From NCBI GenBank assembly GCA_049585595.1, contig JBAVAG010000025.1, forward strand, positions 17,632 to 81,631: a DNA stretch of 64,000 bases, written 5' to 3'. Both the position numbers and the translations under genes were made by a program. Below the pieces are notes generated by a model. It ran no database searches. It saw only the letters and a program-made list of their open reading frames with translations, and was not told the DNA's origin. Source of the DNA: Desulfobaccales bacterium (GTDB lineage Bacteria; Desulfobacterota; Desulfobaccia; Desulfobaccales; 0-14-0-80-60-11). Of this stretch, positions 17,755 to 25,520 are shown piece by piece. Within the stretch, counting starts at the first letter, position 1, and each line of letters starts with the position of its first letter.

Positions 17755-20700
17755 ATGACTACTGACAAGACGAAAACCGGCGCCATTAGCGTGATAGGGG
17801 GCGGCATCGCCGGCATGCAGGCCGCCCTGGATGCAGCCAATGCCGGTTTCAAGGTCTATCTGGTGGAGAAGGATATCTCCATCGGCGGGGTCATGGCCCA
17901 GTTGGACAAGACCTTTCCCACCAACGATTGCTCCACCTGCTTGATCTCCCCCAAGCTCATCGAGGTGGCCCGGCATCCGGACATCGAAATCATCACGCAG
18001 TCGGAGATCGCCGGCGTGGAGGGTGAGGCGGGCCGTTTCACCATCACCCTGCACCAGGAACCTCGCTACATCGACCCGGCCAAGTGCAACGCCTGCGGAG
18101 CCTGTGCGGAAGCCTGCCCGGTGCACCTGCCTTCGACCTTCGATGAAGGTTTGGGGGTACGCCCCGCCGCCTACCGGCATTTCCCCCAGGCGATTCCCGC
18201 CACCTTTGCCATCATGAAGGCCTCCCGGGCCCCCTGCGTGCGGGCCTGCCCGGCCAATTTGAGCGCCCAGGGCTACGTCCAGTTGATCAAGGAGCACAAA
18301 TTCCCGGAGGCCCTGGCCATTATCATGGACCGGCTGCCGCTGCCGGGGACCATCGGCCGCATCTGCCCGCATCCCTGCGAGGTCGACTGCCGGCGCCAGG
18401 AAGTGGATGAGCCCATCGCCATCTGCAACCTGAAGCGCTTCGTGGCCGACACCGTGGATTGGAGCACCCTGCCGGTGCCCGAAATCCCCCAGAGGAGCGA
18501 AAAGGTGGCCATCCTCGGGGCCGGTCCCTCGGGATTGAGTTGCGCCTACCACCTGGCCAGGAAGGGCATCCAGACGGTGATTTTCGAGGCTGCGCCTGAG
18601 GCTGGCGGCTGGCTGCGCTATGGCATCCCGGAATACCGGCTGCCCAGGAACGTGCTGCAGCAAGAAGTGGACTATATTCAGCGCCTGGGCGTACAGATCA
18701 ACTATAACTCCCCCATCGGCAAAGGCCGCACCATCAACGACCTGCTGACCCGGGACGGCTTCAACGCCGTGTTTATCGGGGTCGGAGCCCAGGATTCGCT
18801 GCGCATTCCGGTTCCCGGCCATGAGGCCCAAGGGGTCCTCTGGGGGGTCGAGTACCTCAAAGACTCGGCCATGGGCAAAAAGCTGGACTTGTCTGGCAAG
18901 AAGGTGCTGGTCATTGGCGGCGGCAACGTCGCCATGGACGCGGCCCGCACTGCGGTGCGGCAGAAGGGTAAAGTCACCCTGATCTGTCTGGAGTCGCCCG
19001 AAGAGATGCCCGCCTCCCCTTGGGAAGTGGAAGAGGCCAGGCACGAAGGCGTGGAGATCGTCACCCGCTGGGGCGTCAAGCAGGTCTTGGAGAAGGGCGG
19101 TAAGGTCACCGGCATCGAACTGAAGGCGGTGGAGCGGGTCTTTGACGAGCAGGGCCGCTTTGCCCCCACCTACTTTGAAGATCAGACCAGGCCCGAGACG
19201 GCCGACGTCATCATTATGGCCATCGGCCAGAAAACTGACCTGAGGTTCCTCACCGAAGCCGATAAAATCCAGCTCACTCCCCGGGGCCTCATCCAGGCGG
19301 ACCCGGTCACCAAGGCCACCAGCTGGGAAGGCGTCTTTGCCGGCGGCGATGTGGAGACCGGCCCCTATATCGCCATTGCCGCGGTGGCCGCGGGCCGCGA
19401 GGCGGCGGAGTCCATTGACCGCTACCTCCAGGGGAAGGATTCGCAGGCCGGCCGCGATCTGCCGCTGCGCCCCCTTCCAAAGGAACAGGGCAATTGGGCG
19501 CCCATCCGGGCCGACATTGAGAAGAAGCCGCGGGCCATGATACAGACCCCGCCGGTGGAAGAATGGATCAAGAGTTTTAAGGAAATCAACCTGGGCTACA
19601 GCGAAGCAGAAGCTGTGGCCGAAGCGGACCGCTGCATCAACTGCGGCATCTGTTCCGAATGTATGCAGTGTGTGGCTGCCTGCCAGGCCGGGGCCATCAA
19701 TCACCAGGATCAGCCCCGGACCCGGCAGCTCGAGGTGGGGGCCATGATCCTGGCCCCGGGCTTCCGGCCCTTCGACGCCGGGGAGAAGCCCGAATACGGT
19801 TACGGCCGCTATCCCAACGTGGTGACCTCGCTACAATTCGAGCGCCTCCTTTCCGCCACCGGGCCTTATGAGGGGCATGTCCTGCGTCCCAGTGACGGCG
19901 CCCCGCCCCGCAAGGTGGCTTGGATCCAGTGCGTGGGCTCCCGGGATGCCTCCTGCGGCCGGGAATACTGTTCCTATGTGTGCTGCATGTACGCCACCAA
20001 GCAGGCTATCATCGCCCGGGAGCACGACCACAACGTAGAACCCACCATTTTTTACATAGACTTACGGGCCCAGGGGAAGGGCTTCGACCGCTACGCCGAG
20101 CGGGCCGAGAAACAACACGGGGTGCGCTATGTCCGTAGTATGGTCTCCCGGGTGGCCCAGGATCCCCGCACTAAAAATCTGGAACTCAGTTTTGTGGATG
20201 ACTCCGGCCAGGTGCAAAGCGAAGTCTTTGACATGGTGGTGCTCTCCGTGGGCCTGAACCCCCATCCGGCTGCCCGGGAAATGGCGGCCAGGTGCGGCAT
20301 CGACACGGACCGCTACGGCTTTGCCGTGAGTCCGCCCCTGGAGCAGCCGTCCACCTCCCGGCCAGGGATCTTCGCCTGCGGCGTCTTCCAGTCTCCCAAG
20401 GACATCCCGGAGACCGTGGGCCAGGCTTCCGGCGCCGCCGGGGCGGCAGCGTCCATGCTCGCCGAGGCCCGGGGCACCCTGCTCACCAAGGAAGAATATC
20501 CTCCGGAAAAGGACATCAGCGGGGAGGCCCCCCGGATCGGCGTCTTTATTTGCCATTGTGGCATCAACATCGCCGGGGTGACGGACGTGGCGGCGGTGAC
20601 CGAATTCGCCCGGACGTTGCCCGACGTGGTCTACGCCGACGACTATACCTTCACCTGCTCCACCGATTCCCTGGACAGGATGCGCCAGGTGATCGAAACC

Positions 20701-22236
20701 GAAAACCTCAACCGGGTGGTGGTGGCCTCCTGCAGCCCCCGGACCCACGAACCCCTGTTCCAGGAGAACCTGCGGAAGGCCGGGTTGAACAAGTACCTCT
20801 TCGAAATGACCAACATCCGGGACCAGGACTCCTGGGTGCACCAGGGAACCCCGGAGTTGGCTACTGAGAAGGCCAAGGAACTGGTGCGCATGTCGGTGGC
20901 CCAGGCCCCCATCCTGGAGCCTTTGGACGACCTGCTCTTCCCGGTTAGCCAGCAGGCCCTGGTGGTGGGCGGCGGCCTGGCCGGCCTGACGGCCGCCCTG
21001 ACCATTGCCGACGGCGGCTACCAGGTCTATCTGGCGGAGTTGGAGGACCGGCTGGGCGGCAGCCTGGCCCGGCGGATGCGCCGCACCTTGGAGGGCCATG
21101 AAGTCCAGCCTTATCTCCAGGAACTGGTGGCCCGGGTGGAAAACCACCCCCGCATTGACTGGTTGCCCAACACCCAGGTCCTAAACGTGAAGGGCCATAT
21201 CGGCAAATTCCAGGGCACCCTGGAATCGGGCGAGGGCCGCCGGGAGGTGGAATTCGGCGCGGTGGTGATTGCCACCGGCGGTGAGGAATATAAACCGGAA
21301 GAATACCTTTACGGCCAGGACCCCCGAGTCCTTACCCAATTGGAAGTGGAGAACCTGCTGGCGGAATCCCCCGAAACCCTAGGCGCCGCTCCCAGGGTGG
21401 TGATGATCCAATGCGTCGGCTCCCGGGAGCCGGAACATCAGTATTGCAGCCGCACTTGCTGCGGCGAGGCCGTCAAGAACGCCATTACCATCAAGGAGCT
21501 CAATCCAGCCGCCCAGGTCTTCATCCTCTACCGGGATATCCGGACCTATGGCCTCAAGGAGATTTTCTACAAGAAGGCCCGGGAGCTGGGGGTGCAGTTC
21601 GTGCGCTTCGAGGTGGAGCAGAAACCGGAAGTGCAGGCCACGGGCCAGGGCCTGGAAATATCGGTCTTCGACCAGTCGTTGCAAGCGAACCTGGCGCTGG
21701 CCGCCGATTACCTGGTGCTCTCGACGGCCATCCGGCCCCATCCGATGAGCCGGAAAATCGCCCGGGTCTTCAAGCTGCCTTTTGACGCCGACGGCTTCTT
21801 CATGGAAGCCCACCTGAAACTGCGGCCCCTGGATTTCGCCGCCAGCGGCATCTTCCTCTGCGGGCTGGCTCACTGTCCCAAGTTTCTGGAGGAAAGCCTG
21901 GCCCAGGCCAAAGGCGCGGCGGCCCGGGCCCTGGGGGTGCTGGCCCACGCGGAGATGTACGTGGCCGGCACGGTGGCCCAGGTAGACCCGCTAAAATGCG
22001 TCGCCTGCCTGACCTGCTTGCGCACCTGTCCCTTCGGGGTCCCCAGGATGGATGAAGGCGAGGGGGTGGTGGTCATCGACCCCGCCTCCTGTCACGGCTG
22101 CGGCAGCTGCGCCAGCGCCTGCCCCCGGAAGGCCATTGCGGTGAGTCACTACCTGGACAACCAATTTAATGCCAAGATTTGCGCCTGCTGCACGCCCTTG
22201 CCCAAGGTCGACTTAAGCGAAAGGATTGGAGCCTGA
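17755..22236 (+). CDS. giant HdrA-like flavoprotein with GltD/NfnB-type module ('HdrL' type), Cys form
   Basis: Same domain order as 11298-15737. Cys sits at the position of the Sec codon in the paralog. Confidence 0.85.
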   Translation: MTTDKTKTGAISVIGGGIAGMQAALDAANAGFKVYLVEKDISIGGVMAQLDKTFPTNDCSTCLISPKLIEVARHPDIEIITQSEIAGVEGEAGRFTITLHQEPRYIDPAKCNACGACAEACPVHLPSTFDEGLGVRPAAYRHFPQAIPATFAIMKASRAPCVRACPANLSAQGYVQLIKEHKFPEALAIIMDRLPLPGTIGRICPHPCEVDCRRQEVDEPIAICNLKRFVADTVDWSTLPVPEIPQRSEKVAILGAGPSGLSCAYHLARKGIQTVIFEAAPEAGGWLRYGIPEYRLPRNVLQQEVDYIQRLGVQINYNSPIGKGRTINDLLTRDGFNAVFIGVGAQDSLRIPVPGHEAQGVLWGVEYLKDSAMGKKLDLSGKKVLVIGGGNVAMDAARTAVRQKGKVTLICLESPEEMPASPWEVEEARHEGVEIVTRWGVKQVLEKGGKVTGIELKAVERVFDEQGRFAPTYFEDQTRPETADVIIMAIGQKTDLRFLTEADKIQLTPRGLIQADPVTKATSWEGVFAGGDVETGPYIAIAAVAAGREAAESIDRYLQGKDSQAGRDLPLRPLPKEQGNWAPIRADIEKKPRAMIQTPPVEEWIKSFKEINLGYSEAEAVAEADRCINCGICSECMQCVAACQAGAINHQDQPRTRQLEVGAMILAPGFRPFDAGEKPEYGYGRYPNVVTSLQFERLLSATGPYEGHVLRPSDGAPPRKVAWIQCVGSRDASCGREYCSYVCCMYATKQAIIAREHDHNVEPTIFYIDLRAQGKGFDRYAERAEKQHGVRYVRSMVSRVAQDPRTKNLELSFVDDSGQVQSEVFDMVVLSVGLNPHPAAREMAARCGIDTDRYGFAVSPPLEQPSTSRPGIFACGVFQSPKDIPETVGQASGAAGAAASMLAEARGTLLTKEEYPPEKDISGEAPRIGVFICHCGINIAGVTDVAAVTEFARTLPDVVYADDYTFTCSTDSLDRMRQVIETENLNRVVVASCSPRTHEPLFQENLRKAGLNKYLFEMTNIRDQDSWVHQGTPELATEKAKELVRMSVAQAPILEPLDDLLFPVSQQALVVGGGLAGLTAALTIADGGYQVYLAELEDRLGGSLARRMRRTLEGHEVQPYLQELVARVENHPRIDWLPNTQVLNVKGHIGKFQGTLESGEGRREVEFGAVVIATGGEEYKPEEYLYGQDPRVLTQLEVENLLAESPETLGAAPRVVMIQCVGSREPEHQYCSRTCCGEAVKNAITIKELNPAAQVFILYRDIRTYGLKEIFYKKARELGVQFVRFEVEQKPEVQATGQGLEISVFDQSLQANLALAADYLVLSTAIRPHPMSRKIARVFKLPFDADGFFMEAHLKLRPLDFAASGIFLCGLAHCPKFLEESLAQAKGAAARALGVLAHAEMYVAGTVAQVDPLKCVACLTCLRTCPFGVPRMDEGEGVVVIDPASCHGCGSCASACPRKAIAVSHYLDNQFNAKICACCTPLPKVDLSERIGA

Positions 22237-22239
22237 GAG

Positions 22240-22680
22240 ATGGAATACAATCCGAGGATACTGGCCTTTGTTTGCACCTACTGCACCTACACGGCCGCAG
22301 ATATGGCGGGGTCGGCCCGGATGCAGTACCCCTACAACGTGCGCATCGTCAAGTTCCTGTGCACCGGCCGGATAGACATCATCCACATTTTGAAGGCCTT
22401 TGAGGCTGGCGCCGACGCCATCTTCGTGGGCGGCTGAGAGTTCGGAAACTGTCATTTCCTGGAAGGAAATCTCAGGGCCCGGGAACGAGTGGAATATGCG
22501 CAACAATTACTGGAAGAGACCGGTCTGGGGGCGGACCGCCTGGCCATGTATGAGATCGGTGCCTCTGAGGCCCCCAAGTGGGTGGCGGCGGTGAACGAAA
22601 TGACGGAAAAAGCTAAAGCTCTGGGGCCCAATCCTTTGAACCCGAGTTGGGGAGTAAAGGCAGTGGTCCCGAAAAACTAG
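22240..22680 (+). CDS. mvhD: MvhD-type [2Fe-2S] subunit; in-frame TGA (probable selenocysteine) at 22435-22437
   Basis: ...GADAIFVGG-TGA-EFGNCHFLEGNLRARERVEYAQQLL... joins track ORFs 22240-22437 and 22489-22680 in one frame. Same position as in the 15759-16178 gene. Confidence 0.75.
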
Positions 22681-22696
22681 AACTGGCGGTGCAAAG

Positions 22697-23377
22697 ATGA
22701 TCATCGCGGAACGGAAGCCCTTTGCGGAAATCAAGACGGCAGTGGCGCCCTTTGAGAAGGTCCTCTTTGTCGGGTGCGGCACCTGTGTGGCGGTTTGCCT
22801 GGCGGGCGGGGAAAAAGAGGTGGGGCTGCTGGCCTCCCAACTGAAGCTCGCCCGGGGACAGGAAGGCAAGCAGCCGAAGATCGGGGAGATCACGGTGGAG
22901 CGCCAGTGCGACCTGGAATTCATCCGGCCCCTGAGCGAGGCGGTCGCCGAGTATGACGCAGTCATTTCCACTGCCTGCGGCGCCGGGGTGCAGTTCCTGG
23001 CGGCCCTGCCCGAAATGAAACCGGTCTTCCCGGCCCTCAACACCACCTTCATCGGGGTCAACGAGGACGCAGGGTTTTATACCGAGCGCTGCCGGGCCTG
23101 CCACCAGTGTTACCTGGGAATCACCGGGGGGATTTGCCCGATGACCATGTGTCCCAAGGGATTGCTCAACGGTCCCTGCGGCGGCAACATCCGGGGCAAG
23201 TGTGAGGTCAATCCCGACCGGGACTGCGCCTGGTGCGAGATTTATGCCAGGCTGGAACGGCAAGGCCGGTTGGGGCAGATCGAACCGATTCTGCCGCTGC
23301 ACCCCTACGGCCGCAGCGTCACCCCGGGCACTGTGATCCACCCGGGTTATAAGAGGAGGTATGGCCTCCATGAGTAA
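22697..23377 (+). CDS. metV: MetV (methylene-THF reductase-associated Cys-rich small subunit)
   Basis: CRACHQCYLGITGGICPMTMCPKGLLNGPCGG motif. Lies directly upstream of metF and overlaps it. Confidence 0.8.
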   Translation: MIIAERKPFAEIKTAVAPFEKVLFVGCGTCVAVCLAGGEKEVGLLASQLKLARGQEGKQPKIGEITVERQCDLEFIRPLSEAVAEYDAVISTACGAGVQFLAALPEMKPVFPALNTTFIGVNEDAGFYTERCRACHQCYLGITGGICPMTMCPKGLLNGPCGGNIRGKCEVNPDRDCAWCEIYARLERQGRLGQIEPILPLHPYGRSVTPGTVIHPGYKRRYGLHE

Positions 23378-24254
23378 GCTCAAGGAAGCTTTGGAAGGTG
23401 GCCAGTTCCCCATCGTCATGGAAATTAAACCTCCTAAGGGCATTGACCTGGAGGGAATGCTGACTCCGGTGAAATCGCTCAACGGGAAGGTGACCGCCTT
23501 TGGGATTCCGGACAATGAAGATGCCAAGATGAAACTCTCGCCCCTGGCAGCGGCCAGGCTGGTCCAAGAGGCCGGAGGTGAACCCTTGCTCTTCATGACC
23601 TGCCGGGATCGCAACCGCCTGGCCCTGGAGAGCGATTTGCTGGGCGCCGGCGCCCTGGGCATAGAAAATATCTTGGCGTTGAGCGGCGATTTCGTCAGCC
23701 TGGGTGATCATCCCGACACCAAGCCGGTCTATGACGCCGACTCGGTACAGCTCCTGCAAATCGCCCGGGGGTTGATGACAGGTCATGATAGCGCCGGTCT
23801 TTCCCTGAAGGGAAACCCCCAATTCTATCTGGGCGCGGTCCTCATCCCGGAGGCCGACCCGGTAGCTCCCCAGCTCCTCAAGGTTAAGAAAAAGCTGGAG
23901 GCAGGAGTCGAATTTTTTATCACGGCACCCATGTTCACCGTGGAGAAGTTCCGCCAGTTCAGGCAATCATTGGGTTCCCCGGCTGTAAAATTTATGGCCT
24001 GCCTCAAGGTCCCCGAGGCCTCGGAAGTGGAGGCGGCTTCCTCGGGCCAGCACCGGAAGGTCTATTCCCTGCCCCCCGATGTAGTCCAGGAACTGGCCGG
24101 GACTGATCCCGAAGAAGTCTTGCAGAAGGGCGCCGCTCTGACCGGCCGTCTGCTCAAAGAGATTAGAGAGCAAAAGCTCGCCGACGGCGTCTATGTGAAA
24201 GCCCGTGGCCGGGGCGACCTGATGGCCCAGATTTTGAAGACCGCGGGTGCCTAA
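23361..24254 (+). CDS. metF: 5,10-methylenetetrahydrofolate reductase MetF
   Basis: TIM-barrel MTHFR pattern: VMEIKPPKG...FGIPDN...FMTCRDRNR...ILALSGD. Confidence 0.85.
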   Translation: MASMSKLKEALEGGQFPIVMEIKPPKGIDLEGMLTPVKSLNGKVTAFGIPDNEDAKMKLSPLAAARLVQEAGGEPLLFMTCRDRNRLALESDLLGAGALGIENILALSGDFVSLGDHPDTKPVYDADSVQLLQIARGLMTGHDSAGLSLKGNPQFYLGAVLIPEADPVAPQLLKVKKKLEAGVEFFITAPMFTVEKFRQFRQSLGSPAVKFMACLKVPEASEVEAASSGQHRKVYSLPPDVVQELAGTDPEEVLQKGAALTGRLLKEIREQKLADGVYVKARGRGDLMAQILKTAGA

Positions 24255-24272
24255 GATAGTGGGGAAACTCTC

Positions 24273-25520
24273 ATGAGAGACGATAAAGTCAATCCGGTGG
24301 TAGTCCTGGGCGGCGGCATTGCTGGGATTACCGCAGCCCTGGAGTTAAGCCGGGCCGGATTGGAGGCGGTCCTGGTGGAGAAGAGCCCCTTTTTCGGCGG
24401 GCGGGCCGCCAGCTTCGGCTGCAAAGCCACCGAGGTCTGCCAGCAATGTGGCGCCTGCCGGGTCGAACAAGGTTTGCGAGACCTGTTTTCGGCGCCGGGC
24501 CTCACCCTTTATGCCCACACGGAGCTGCTGGAAAGCCGGTCTGTTAACGGTTTGCTGCACCTGACCCTGAAGTCGCAGCCCCAGGTAATCGACTCCCACC
24601 GCTGCATCGATTGCGGCCTTTGCCTGGAGGAGTGCCCGGCGCCGGGAGGCGTGATAAGTGCGGCCTCCGCCGAGAACCATCCCCGTTTTGCGGTGAATCC
24701 GGCCGCCTGCCTCTATTTTCAAGACGGCTCCTGCCGCCGCTGCCAGGACCTCTGCCCCACCCAGGCCATCGATCTGGCCAGGTCCGAGACCGTGAGGCAA
24801 CTGGAGACCCCGAGCCTTATCTTGGCTACCGGCTATCAACCTGGGCAGCCTCCCTCCCGGGTGGCTTATACCAATTACTGCTGGCCCAACATCATCACCG
24901 GCCGGGAATTGGAGGAATTGATGCGGCAGGGCGGGCCTCTGCTCAGGCCCGGCGACGACCGGCCGGTGCGGCGTCTGGCCTTCATCCAGTGCGCGGGCAG
25001 CCGGGACCGGGAGCATTCGTATTGCTCCCGGGTCTGCTGCGCCTATGGGTTGCGCCTGGCTCGGCTGATCCACCATCGTTGGCCGGAGTGCCAGGTGACC
25101 ACTTTTTACATGGATCTGCAAAACATCGGCCCGGACCCCGAGAATTTCGAGGCTGCCGCCAGGCGGGAATTAGAATTGATCCGGGCCCTCCCCGGGGACG
25201 TGGTCGCCACGGACGATGGGGCCTTGAAATTGCCCTTTTTGGATGAAGCGAGCAACCGGGTGCGGTTTCGGGTGGTGGACCTCTTGGTCCTGGCAGTGGG
25301 TATCGCTCCTGGGCCAGACAACGTCAAACTGGCGGAAATGCTGCACCTGCAACTGAATCCGGACGGCTTCCTTAAGGACGGTCTGGATGGCACCCGGGCC
25401 GAAGCTCCAGGGATTTTCCTGGCCGGGACCGCCACCGGTCCCCAAAGCATCCTGGAATGCATCGCCCAGGGGACCCGGGCGGTCCGGCAGGTGCGTCAAT
25501 ATCTGGAGGCAAGGACGTGA
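24273..25520 (+). CDS. short HdrA-like FAD/FeS oxidoreductase
   Basis: VVLGGGIAGITAAL FAD fold, CIDCGLCLEECP and CRRCQDLCP clusters, FIQCAGSRD..YCSRVCC HdrA signature. Confidence 0.75.
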   Translation: MRDDKVNPVVVLGGGIAGITAALELSRAGLEAVLVEKSPFFGGRAASFGCKATEVCQQCGACRVEQGLRDLFSAPGLTLYAHTELLESRSVNGLLHLTLKSQPQVIDSHRCIDCGLCLEECPAPGGVISAASAENHPRFAVNPAACLYFQDGSCRRCQDLCPTQAIDLARSETVRQLETPSLILATGYQPGQPPSRVAYTNYCWPNIITGRELEELMRQGGPLLRPGDDRPVRRLAFIQCAGSRDREHSYCSRVCCAYGLRLARLIHHRWPECQVTTFYMDLQNIGPDPENFEAAARRELELIRALPGDVVATDDGALKLPFLDEASNRVRFRVVDLLVLAVGIAPGPDNVKLAEMLHLQLNPDGFLKDGLDGTRAEAPGIFLAGTATGPQSILECIAQGTRAVRQVRQYLEART

